Positions 11,582 through 23,700 of a DNA stretch of 64,000 nucleotides are shown one piece after another. The stretch is from Ascidiella aspersa. Lineage: Eukaryota. The position numbers were made by a program, and so were the translations under genes. The notes below the pieces were generated by a model, which did no database searches, was not told where the DNA came from, and was given only the letters and a program-made list of their open reading frames with translations. The stretch covers positions 20,212,001 to 20,276,000 of the forward strand of contig OZ004614.1 of the NCBI GenBank assembly GCA_963924565.1, read 5' to 3'. Each line of letters begins with the position of its first letter. Within the stretch, counting starts at the first letter, position 1.

Positions 11582-13600
11582 CTTCACATTGAAAATCTAT
11601 TATACTTTAAAAATATTAAAAAAAAAATAATAATTATATATCTTTATAATACGGCCGAAAGGTCTGTAAAGTGTTATTGCAAATCATGCATTATCAAAAA
11701 GATATAATTTGTAGTGCGTGAAACAATTTTGTGTAATGTCCAAATTGTTTCAAACAATTCGCGCGTTTGAGTTTCAGCTCAGGAAACTCTGAGTCACATA
11801 CGCGGCACGCGTTAAGGCATGGCAGCCGGAAATACTTTAAAAAATTAGAGTGATTCATTCACGCGCAAACTATATGCTTCTATTCGTGTAAGTCTTTAAA
11901 CACAACTTTAGGAATAAACCCTTCCCACATTTTTAACGTGTTAAATATTTTATGTAAATAATTTCAATGCATCGCTCACCTAAGCGCTCCTCGATTGCAA
12001 CCCTCAAACAAAAGTCGTAAATTAAACGTTTTCCTTAACGGCACTCTACATGGAAACTGAACTCGTTTCCAACCGCATTTTCCCTTCCTAAAACAAACAG
12101 CGCTTCTATAAACGGATCCGCAGCTACTTATAAAACGCAAGCCAGTCAAAATGACTAATCAAGTGTACACTTCTATACGTCTAATATATTAGATCTCATG
12201 AACCATTTTGTGAAACTCACTCGCAAAAGCTTACTATTTTAACAAGGATTGCCAGTACGCGTTAAGACACTTGACCCTACCTAAAAAGTAGCTTGTTCAT
12301 CTGTAAACTTACGCCCAAGGCGTGCCTGGCTTACAAGGCTTAGTTGCCACTCGATCGCTTTTGAAAAAGGTGGGAAAGTCGACATCCGGCTAACCCCATT
12401 AGCGGTGTTTCCATAAATCAGCGCTTTTTGACGCCAGTACTAAATCCCTCCAAGCGAAATGTAAAGCAAAATTCTACGTTTCAAGATAAATTTCACTTAT
12501 CTTTTCAAAAGAATACATAGCACACGCATTAGTTCTCACCGAGTGCTATAAATGTATTCCGCAAGTTACCAATGATTTTCGGTAACGTCAAATATCCTAT
12601 TGCTTGCTCGGTCACGAGTTTTCATCGCTAACGTGTTGTTGCTACGTTGACCCTAAATATATCATGGTGGTTAATTCTACCATTTCCACGATAAGAAATT
12701 CCTCTTATCCGCCTATAGACCTATATGCGGTCGATATTACGAAATAGTTGGATAAACTCTTCCAACGACGCCTGCCCTCTTAACAGAAACCAAAAACCGT
12801 AGAGTTGCCACGCCAAAATCAAGTCATGATAAACCTCGACGAGCCAGTCGAATGAAAATAAACGTTGCTCGAGCGCTGTCCCACAAATGTTCACTTGTTG
12901 TAAATTGTTATAACATTTAATTATTGTATGTATCGTCAATACAGTAAAATGTGTAACCGCTATGAATATATCGCTATATATGTAATTGTATTGAATCGCA
13001 AAATATGTGTAACGTGAATAAATATATATTGCATTAGTTAATTGTCTTAAACTTTAAATATAACCAAAAGCGCCAATATGTACAAATATATAAATATATG
13101 AATCTATAACCAAAACTAAATAGTCTGAATAAGAAGTGTTGCAACAAAAATAAACTCCCACCAGACATTCGAACACACATCTGCCGAACAATATTTCGAC
13201 TTTTTCAGAACACAATTCACGTTGGACGGCGAAAGGTCACAGCACAGCGCAGCGCATAAAACGGCTTTCCGGTGACGTCAGAATTGCAACGCATCGAACT
13301 GGGAATTCCCCTGCTGCCGCACAGATTGCCTGAAAAGCTCAATCCACAGCAATGCAATGGCGTGTCAAGCTCACAACAATTTCGAGCAACTCAGCGAACG
13401 CTGACATCAAAGTCCTCGGTTGCCAGTTCAGGCACCAAAGAGAAAACTTTCTCGAGGAATCAGGAATCTGACTAAAAAACAATTGCGCCAATGCGTTATG
13501 TGATCGAACAATTTTCGCGTCCACGTGTCCACACACATTTCACAAAACCAAATAACCAGCTTTAAATATGCAAGTTGGTCCAAAATCTAGCATGGGGGTA

Positions 13601-14401
13601 TTTATAGCAGCCACTTCGTTAATTGTTGTTTTGCTACAGAGAATTTTTGTTTTAATCGCTGTGTCGTATCGCTGTGTCGTAACGGAAAGTTTTCGGTAAA
13701 ATTCCGTTGCCTAGATTTATTGCAACCGTATTTCAATGTTTGCGATATCCTTGCAGCGAATGTGCAAGATTCAATTTTTTGACACCAATTTTTATGCGTC
13801 AAGGCATTTTCTATATAACGTACATCCGTTTTACATCCGTTTTAGCATATGTTTTCAAAACGCCGATCCACGCCGCGGTGTAAACATAGATTAGTTTCCC
13901 CGGTCGTGTGATATTTAACTGTTGTCATTTGACTGAAGTCAGAGGACGTTTCGCAATCGCATTTTGACGTAAAAATTGTATGTTTCGTGTCAGAAATAAG
14001 TGCAAAGAAGGTTTTGAGGGATCCGCCCTTGTCACGTGACCTTTTATTAGATATTGTAAGAATTAATGACGTAAATCCTTTTTTGTTCGCAGAAATTTTG
14101 TTAACTGATTCTCGTCTGTAAATAGCGTGTTCAATCAATATAAAATGGCTTTTACTCAGACAACAAACTCGAGTGCTTTTGTGACTGAAGCAGATAGGGA
14201 ATATTCAATTCGTTATTATGAAGATCAGTATCGAATAAAGTGTTGTCTGTTACTCAAGGAACCAATTGGAGTGCTCGTATGTTAGAAGCAGTCGACAATG
14301 AACAATTCAATTTAAATCAGTATCTACATTGTAGTCGTAAGATTGATACATCGAGGCACAAAAGGCAATTAAATGAGTACTCATTATCAACTGCATCTAC
14401 A
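13601..14401 (+). repeat. 3' LTR
   Basis: Matches 9458-10222 with about 4 substitutions and three 11-13 bp insertions. Confidence 0.88.
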
Positions 14402-15198
14402 TGTTAACTATTAGTTTCGCTTTTAGCTTGGTTTCTCAGTCGCACAAAAACACGCGTGTATAGTTTAACGCAGTAAACATTGCGCCAATTTTAGGGCACT
14501 GTGACGTAATACGAACGGTTAGAACAAAATGTTAAATACAACAGTTGAATACACTTATTATGTGACACGAACACTGCAGATCGAACTACAAATGTGTGCA
14601 ACCATTTATTCAGCACTAGTGTTGGTGATGTAACAATAATGGTATTGATGTGCTAGTACTGTAATGAAATGGCTGCCCTTTCTTAAGGTGATATAACGTG
14701 CGCGTTAAATCATTTGGCGTGCCCCCAGAAATCATCTCGCGTGCCAGTTTTGGCACGCGTGCCAGGGGTTGCCGACCCCTCCTGTACTCCCTAGTCCCGA
14801 ATCACACCAAGATTGCACCCCCTGCTCGTCATCTATTAACTTTATTGAATGTCTGATTGATTGCTGTAGCTGGTTTGGATATGTCATAAGCTAATGACAC
14901 TATTTCTAGTAAAACTAAAGGTGCATAAATTTGTATTTTACCATACAATTAAAATATACTTTAATAATTGCTTCTACTGGTCCGGATAGATAACGTTAAG
15001 TGGCGCCATTTTAACTTTAGCAAAAACTTATTTTCTCGTTTGTTTTCTTGAGCCATATTTATCTATGAAAATTGATGCTCTTTATTGTTGAACAGAAAAA
15101 AAAAGGACACACTGCATGGTTTTGAATTGAGTGTTAGCTAACTTATTCTTTTTAATATACGAATGTTATCGACACTTTAAATGGCCCTAGGTCCGGTG

Positions 15199-15461
15199 GG
15201 CGCTCTTTCACTATTGTACTTGAAAAGTTATGCAAAAAAAATAATAATAATACCGCATACCACAACGCATATTGTTTGGGTTAGGGTGCGGGTTAGCGTT
15301 TCGTTGAGGGTGGGTCAAGTTATTATTAATAATAAACATAATATTACTTGACCCACCCTCACCCAAACGCTAACCCTAACCCAAACAATATGCGTTGTGG
15401 TATGCGGTATTATTATTTTTTTTTTTGCATAACTTTTCACGTACAATAGTGAAAGAGCGCC
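15199..15461. mobile_element. Foldback MITE, ~120-bp near-perfect inverted arms
   Basis: GGCGCTCTTTCACTATTGTAC... / ...GTACAATAGTGAAAGAGCGCC; internal TTAGGG/CCCTAA motifs; AT-rich centre. Confidence 0.85.
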
Positions 15462-16414
15462 TAGAATCCTACCACAATTAATATATCAACTCAGAATATT
15501 TGGGTTGGGTGCAAGTTTGGGTGTGGGTGGGTCAATTATTATTATAATCTTATTTAATAACAATACTAAGTATGAAGTCGTAGTCTGACTTGAATTTAGA
15601 CTTAAAGGGGGTGGGACGCAGATAAAATGCTTGATATAGTGACGTTTATAAAGTTGTGAGGTTCGTTGACAGAAAAATTTAAGCTAAAATACATTAAAAT
15701 GTCACACAAATTGCTGTTGAGGCTTGAGTTGCGAATGCCCTACTTGCGATACAATGAACATATTTGCAAATATATAAATTGTGGGAAACACAAACATGGT
15801 ATTAACCAAAATAAGTGGGCAAAATATAATCAGTATGTTTCATTTTTAGAGTAAATGGCTGATATTTCGTTCGTATTTTAAAAGCGGAATACATTCCACC
15901 GAAGCGCAAAATATATATCACTTTTTCAGTAAATTTGTTAAACTTTCGTTAAAGAGAGTGTAATAGTGCACATGGCGCTTTTTGACTGCCGAAAAATTGC
16001 ATGGAACATACAAAAAAGAGAAGCGATTCGCACGAAAGGTGAAAGAAATTTCTATTTATTCTATACAACAGGCTAAGAATAGAGTTTGGCGAGATCATGA
16101 CTATAGATCTGATGCTGGAATGAATGTGTACGATACAACCAAACATGTATCCAAATTTTCCCTTGTTTTTGCTTAGTTTATGTATTTTAAGAAAAATTAG
16201 CCGCGGGCCGGATCTGGCTGTATGTTGCCCAGGTCTGTAATTGATGATAAAAAAAACGCTTCACACTGTATGTAAATTGCATTTCAACAAACCAAGTTTA
16301 ATCAAAACATTGGTTTATTTAAGTTTAATTTGTTAAATATGTTTAAAAAATTATCTTATTTATTCTGAAACAGGAGTTAACGCTAATTAAAAAAGAACAA
16401 TAAATAATAAAAAA

Positions 16415-17263
16415 ATGGATGCCGACTTAAATTCATTGCTGGACGATGCTTTAACTGACTTTGATAAACACACACCATCCAAAAAACAAACTGAGGACAA
16501 AACAAAGAAAGTGGAAGCTGCAAAACAAAATGATCACGCCACTTCCACTTTTAAACCCGGAACTTCAGGAGGGTCTATGGGGCCACCAACTGACATTTTT
16601 AAAGAATTTTTCGGAGATGAAACAACGATGCATCTACAAGAGGAATGGCACCAAGCCATTAAAGAACTTGGCTCTGAAAATCCGGAACTAATGGAAGAAA
16701 TGAAAAAGTTATCTGAAACTACAACTCCATTTCCGACTTTTACCCAACAAGAAGCAACTGCTAGCCCTGGGTCTTCGCAAAAAGCAGATTTCAGTCAATC
16801 GATGCAGGCTGCGCTAGAGTCGCTATCCTTGAACGCAGACAAAAAAGGAAGCGAAAAAGATGAAGAGGACCTTCTAAAAGGTTTCCTGGATTTTGGAGCT
16901 ACAGGCGAAGCTGGTGACCCAATGGACATGATGGAGAACATTATGAAGAGTATGCTCTCAAAGGATATGCTTTATCCCCCCATGAAAGAAATGTCCAAGC
17001 AGTATCCGCCTTGGTTGAAGAAGAACGGGGATAAGATCCCCAAAAAAGAAAAGGACAACTATGTCAAGCAGCTGACTTGCCTCGAAACCGTTTGCAAGGA
17101 ATTTGAATCTGAAAAAGATAGTGATTCAGAGGAAGTAAAGAAAGAGCGCTTTGTCCGAGTAATGGATGTTGTTCACGAAATGCAGGGTTATGGTCAGCCA
17201 CCTGAGGAGCTGTTAGATCAAGGAGGCCCGTTGCCCTCTCCCGATAGTTGTGTTGTTTCGTAG
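16415..17263 (+). CDS. PEX19: Peroxisomal biogenesis factor 19 (282 aa, single-exon CDS)
   Basis: N-terminal PEX3-binding helix DLNSLLDDALTDFDK; C-terminal domain MLSKDMLYPPMKEMSKQYPPWL...MQGYGQPPEEL; CaaX farnesylation box CVVS*. Confidence 0.96.
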   Translation: MDADLNSLLDDALTDFDKHTPSKKQTEDKTKKVEAAKQNDHATSTFKPGTSGGSMGPPTDIFKEFFGDETTMHLQEEWHQAIKELGSENPELMEEMKKLSETTTPFPTFTQQEATASPGSSQKADFSQSMQAALESLSLNADKKGSEKDEEDLLKGFLDFGATGEAGDPMDMMENIMKSMLSKDMLYPPMKEMSKQYPPWLKKNGDKIPKKEKDNYVKQLTCLETVCKEFESEKDSDSEEVKKERFVRVMDVVHEMQGYGQPPEELLDQGGPLPSPDSCVVS

Positions 17264-17439
17264 ATAGTTGTTTTCTACCTAAACGTTTTTGCGATGCTTT
17301 AATTTTATTGGTTATTTATTTATAAATAATTATTGTTTTCTATCTCTTCCTATGCAAATAGTTTGTGCAAAACCTAATTTTGCTGGTAACATTTTAAAAC
17401 TGAACTTTTGGATAATGGTTAAAAAAACTCTGTTTCATG

Positions 17440-17445
17440 AATAAA
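17440..17445 (+). promoter_or_regulatory. Candidate polyadenylation signal of PEX19
   Basis: AATAAA 177 bp after the stop, followed by a GT/T-rich tract. Confidence 0.55.
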
Positions 17446-17716
17446 CTTAACGTTTTTTGTTTGAGTTTTTTTTCATCATTATTGATTTCTGACAAAAACG
17501 TTAAATAGTTAGATTGTGATTTTAATGACATAATTACATTTTTTACTCCAATATATTTTTGTTGGTCAATTGTATGTTTTTTAGGTGTTATGTAAATTGA
17601 GATGTAATTTTTTTGTTGTAAAATGAACCAGTAATCATGTCCCTTTTATTTTCAAAATAAACACAAGATCTGCTAAAAACAGCAGATAAAAAAATATTTT
17701 AAGTTTGCAAGCAAAC

Positions 17717-20700
17717 ATGTCTTGCAATGAACACCCTGGGACATCGTCTGACCGTTTAGACTGGCGAAAAGAATTTTCTGTATCCAGCAAGGACCTTAAG
17801 CTTCTGCCTGAGGCAAGCAGATGCGTTTTCTGCTTCTTATCTGATGACTGCGAGGAAAGATTTGGAGAATTTTTGCGACACCAATACACAGGTAACAAAC
17901 AACACACAGAATGCATAAAAACATGAAATTGATTGATCGGAATCAACAGATTTAAAAAGACTTAGCCACTTTACAATTAGCGAATGCCTACTAAATAAAC
18001 TACAACACAGTCATAAAATAAATACTCTGGTATTTCTTTAATGTAAAAGAAAATAAATTTTGTGATACAAAACTTATGACCTATGTTGACCTTTTGGCTG
18101 AATGAATATACAACATTATTTATTGTAGGCTTGTCGATGCACTATTTTTGTCTTCTGTTGTCAAGTGGATTACTTCAGTCAGACCCAGATGATACAACAA
18201 ACTTCAAAAAACATTCTATTTATGGCTTCTTGATTAAAGATATCATTCAAGGTAAGGTGTGATATATGTCATATTTATTAGCATGCCTTTTGGGGTGATT
18301 TTATGTGATACAGTCTGTAAAACAAAGTTATAATATTTTTGCAAACATTTACATACTGCTTTAATGTTTTAAAATGTTTATATAATTATACCCATCACTG
18401 AACGGCCCTCTGTTTTTTCCCCATTTTTAAGCAATTTCCTAGAAAAAAAATTGAATAAATGTGGGCTCAGGGCTCGTAAAAGTACATTTTCGTATGCACT
18501 AATGATATTAAATGTCCATTAATGAACCATAACTCCATTAGGTTCTCTATCTCCCCTAAAAAGTCAAAGATCAGTTTGGTGCTTTTGAATGTTCTTTTTG
18601 CTTTCTACTAGGGATGTTTAAAGTAGAATATTGACTCTGGATTCGAATCCAATTCTGCCGTTTATTTCGGGTAATTGGAACCGATATAATTTAATGTTTT
18701 ACCGCCGATTGTTGCGCCTAATTGCACAAACGCGTGTGGTAAGTTGGCCTGTCGCTGCGGCGACCAATTTACAGAGCTTCCTTTGAATGTAACCTGGCAG
18801 TGCAGTGTCAGCGTTTTTTCGGGCGATCAATTGCCGCGTCTGGTGATAACGTACGTCTAACAATTAAGTGTCAATCAAGCGTTATTGGGCGAGTGACTAA
18901 CGTTTAATGCCAGGTGCGGAGTTCGCAATTTCCCTAAATGCGTTAAGTTGCAAAAGTAACATTACATTGTAAAACGTGCTGGCCGTTTACAAAATGCGCT
19001 ATAGGGTTACTTAAGGTCAACTTTAGGCCAATATTCAGAGAGGTTATGCAGTTATGCGCAGCGTAATTGTCAATAATGTCAATAGTAACTTTGTATTCTT
19101 TGCAGTACATTATTTGACTGCATAACAGATCATGTTAGTCAAAAAAGAAGCACTAACACCCAACATGGCAACAACCTGGACAGTTGACATATTACAGTTT
19201 ACAGAACTGCTTCAAATGACAGTTGTTAAGAATGTTAAACATATGGGAGATTTTTTTATTATAATGTACATGTTAGCAAATTGTTTGGGCGATTTATTGC
19301 TGTGATTGTGGGCCCTGTAGGATAGATTAAGATTAATCCCTTCCCCAAACAAAATCGAGGTTAAATAATTTAATAAAAATATACTAGGATTCGCTATTCT
19401 GGATTCGTTATTCTAGATTTGAAACCTATTATTCTAGAATACCTTGGTATTCTACTTTGAACATCCCTACTTTCTACTGACTTTATGGTTAGCCAGTCTC
19501 TTCATCATAGTGTTTTAGCAAAGCATTAGAAAACATTAGATATTTCACAAAAAGTCTTGAAAAATATGCCTTATTTAGCCTAAAACATAAAAACTTAGAA
19601 GTTGATTCATTCAAACACTTAAATGGTCTGGCGTCTGGGACGTTAGTCAAACACTGACCGAACAAAAAATATCCGAAATTTATTTTATAGGTGGACAGTT
19701 GGCACGGATATTTAAATACCCTTGATGTGAATATCTAAAATCCCGCCAAAAGGGCCCCCACAGTATCATGTGTTTAAACAAAGTGTGTCCCGGTCTTATA
19801 ACATTTCTTATTCTTAATTTCATCAAAGAGTGTCCCTTCTACTATTAGTGTTATTCTTGCATTTAGCGACATAAACAAATGTTTTTATTATCAATAAGAA
19901 ATTTACAATTTGAGCTTGATTTAGATGTTAGTGTGTTTAGTAATTTTTTGTGTATATTCAATATCTTGCAAACCTTGTTTTTGAATTTTCCTGTTGTACA
20001 ATAAACTGAAAATCAAAATCATTTTTTTCTAAATATGTTTACTAATGTACAGATCCCAATGTTGATATACTTAAATAACTTATAAGCATTGAGCATAGTA
20101 ACAAAACGATGTAACATTTAATTTTACAGAAGTAAAAAGAGCCTCCAAACTTTCTTGTTCCTATTGTCACAAGAGAGGTGCCTCAATTGGGTGTGTAGAA
20201 AATACATGTAAGGTAAGAATGATTTTTTTGTTTTAAAATGATTTTTTAGCCTTCTTAATTAATTTTTTTTAGCCTTCTAAATTAAATTTTAGTTATAAAG
20301 TAGATCTAAAATAGTTTTTTAAATTATTGGTGTGTTTTTAAATTGGGTGAAAATGAGTTCAGAAATTGGCATTATTTTTATACAATTTTCCAGTTTTTAC
20401 AGTTAAGTTAAAAACACCCAAACTAATAAGTGTTTTTCATTCTTTGAACATCCTAAGACTTACAGTATTTTGTATTATTTTTGCTATCCAACAATACCCA
20501 ATATTTCTTGAGAAAAACACTTCCCTCTGATGTACTAATAAATAAATTATGAGCAAACGCATGTTACTGAACTATTAAACAATGATTTCTTATGGGATTA
20601 TGGAATTGTGTCCCTTTGAGTAACAGGGTTGATGGGATCCGGGCTGGATAACGACTGTAGGAACGTCGACCATCAGTAGAGCGACTTCACGATAGCGATT

Positions 20701-23700
20701 CATTTAAAACAGCGACTGTATACATGACGACAGCATTAAAACGGCCACTGCTACGATAGTGATTTTACTGGCCGGTTAGAAAGAGATATGCTCACAAGGT
20801 CACAGATTTCTGTTTTAATTGTTGGTGTATTTTGGTTTGTGTTGTTCCCTTATGAGATAAGTTCACTAGGGCCATGGTTCCCAACTCATGGGTCACAACA
20901 CAAAGAGGTCGCTTGTTTTTAGATATATTGTATCTTGGGCGAAAAAAGTAACAATAAAAAAGTGAAACCATGAAGAGATTACAAAACTGGAAAATATAGT
21001 CATGAAGAGTTTCATGTCGAGACATCAGGACGCTTTGTAGCCTGTATGTAGTGCAAGAACTTTAACAGTTTTCGTTTTTATTATTGTTATTGCAGAGTGA
21101 ACTATATTTTAGTTAATTATTAAGCTTATGAAAAAATGACAAAAAGATAATACAATGATTCAACGAAGCGTTTTTAGGAATTGGTTTTTCTAGGTAAATT
21201 AGCGCCTGAATTTCAAAAACTTATCGATAGCAAGCGAGCACAGCTATTCATAGTGATTTGATAAAAATATTATTTTTGGAAAAAGTTACTTGCTGTTTTT
21301 TGCAACGCAGTCTTGTATGGCTTCTAAAATATGACGACAATTTGCTTAGTTAGGATGCAAGATTTTACAGAACTGAATTTTTTTAAAATGGGTCGCCCAG
21401 TGTTGAGAAATATCCTGATTAATCGTTAAGGCCCGTTTACACTACAGCTGCACTGAGCTGAGCAAAGCGTAATTTGCATTTAAATTCTATTGTGGCGAGC
21501 GTTTCACGCTTTGCTAAACTCAATCCCCGTGCAGCAGCTGCAGCTAGCTTAAAGTTACGCTTTGGAGCGATTTTCACGCTTTGCTAAACTCAAGCCCGCA
21601 GTGCAGCTATTGAAACACGTTACGTTCTGGGGCGATTTTTACGCCCAGCGCAGCTCACTGCAGCTGTAGTGAAAACAACTTCACGCCCAGTGCAGCTCAG
21701 CTCCGCTCAATGTAGCTGTAGTGTAAACTGGCCTTTAGTCATTACACTGAAAAGGTTAAAATTTATACCCCGCTGCTAGTGGGGCAATTTTAAAAACAAC
21801 AAATAATTTTTGCTTTAGGTACTTTACCAGTTGGTCACCTTGGGTGTTACTGGGATGTGGCGAGTGGGTGTTATTCAGTACTCGCCCAGGGTGAATCAAC
21901 AAGCCGGTGAATGCTAAATCCTAACCCGGAATAACCAAGTCTCTTTAGAAGGCCTTGTCTAATTCAAGAATGTGCTCGTACAGACAAAACTTCATTTTCC
22001 GTGTGGAAGTGAAGCATCAGCCCTCTTCCAGTTTTATGGAGGCTTTTCTACTTTTTGTCGACAACATCGACCAGTGCAAGAATTTAAAGGTGGGAGAGGT
22101 TTGTATAACCCATTTACGTGACATAAGGTTTTCTTAATTTCCTATTTATCTTCATTAAACAGCAACATATGGTCATCTTGTTGTTGCAATGTTATTTATT
22201 CTATTTTTTGTTGTTAGAGTCAACAATGAACAAGGAAAACAACCCCAAGGTAACCACTAACCATGCTAGCAAGCTTCTTTACTTATACATGTAGTATTCA
22301 CATAGACCTTTGTTAGATAAAGTACTGTACGTTAACAACCAGGCAATCCGGTTTATTTTATACTTTTGTAATTAAGCATGCTTTGTCACTACTGATAAAT
22401 TATTCCACAGGAAATCAAGCAATTTGGTTTTGCTCTTAAGAATTAGCCAAGATTTTTTAATAGGATTTACAAAATTATTCAAAATAGTTTTGCCAAGTAA
22501 AAATTTGTCATACTTTGCATTTAGTAGTGAAAATGTTTCAAGAAAGAGCCTATTTTATCTCTTTTAAATAATTGCTTTTATCCTGACGAACTTTATGGCT
22601 ATTTTATTATAATTATTTTTTCAGGAAGGAAATCGCCTTAATTCATCAATTTGCCCGATTTGCCTGGAGAGAACCAACTGCGACGTTGCCAGCTACCAAG
22701 TGCTGCAGACGCCTTGCTGTTCCAGCTGCATTCACAGAACATGTGTGCAGCAACAGGTGCTTTACAATCTACATTTTGCCCACATGTTGTCAATCATTTT
22801 TTCAACAAAGTCAAAATTTTACCACGTTTATTTTTAGTTAAGCAGTTTAGGAAGGGTTGCCATTTGATAAATATTTGATCTTACACAGAAGTAGTTCATA
22901 TGTTTTCCAGGATCATATGTTTTAACTTTTTTTTTTATTACACAAACAAATTAAAGCGTTTTGCCATTTTTTATGTATGATTATTTAATTGTTTTACAAT
23001 GTTGCGTTTTTAAATATTAGGGGTACAAAACTTTTTTCAAAAAAGGCCCAGATAACTGTATTGCCTGAGCGTGACCATCGCGGGCCACATTACTGTAAGC
23101 GTCAGACCATCATGGCCTTGTTATTTAATTTGCGTCAAAATTAATTAACTTGAATATTAATATTAAACTAAAGATTATATATATATATATATATATAACT
23201 ATTTTACCAAAACTGTAGAGAGCTTTATGTTATAGTCATTTAGGTTAATTTTTATCAAAATTTGTTTCGATGTGCAACAAACAACATTCAAACTGCATTT
23301 TATTGTTATGTTCATTGAAGAAATAAGCCGTGGGCTGACGAACCTAACCCCGCGTGCCAAATTTGGCCTGAATTCCGCAGTTTAGTGACACAAAATGATG
23401 TTCTACCGCCCATCCCTACCAAAGCATAATTAAAAACACCTTTACCTACATTTCGGCAAAAAACAACGAATTAGTTGCTGGCCCCTTACCATGATAAAAT
23501 AGACCTTGTCTCTAATCACGACCATGGATTTGTTGGGGAACACACAATAAGACCTAAAAAGCAACAATACTTAAAATCTCAAAAAAATCTATTAAAACCA
23601 TAGTATTAAGACCAACGACATAATAAAGCCAAACAGGCTGTAATATCTACAGCAGAATAAAACCTAAATCGTCTGAGTAAGACCTAAATCGTCTGAGTAA

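Larger units (their letters stand above)
9451..14401 (+). mobile_element. Gypsy-type LTR retroelement, non-autonomous (gag only)
   Basis: Near-identical ~770-800 bp direct repeats (9451-10222, 13601-14401); 5' LTR has TG...CA ends; PBS-like TGGCG at 10226; G-run at 13594-13598 before the 3' LTR; internal gag ORF; no pol recognisable. Confidence 0.85.

Noticed and set aside
11582-13600. pol (PR/RT/RH/IN) of the LTR element
   Set aside because: No long ORF and no DTG/YxDD/HHCC/DDE motif recognised on either strand; an HMM search could still find eroded remnants
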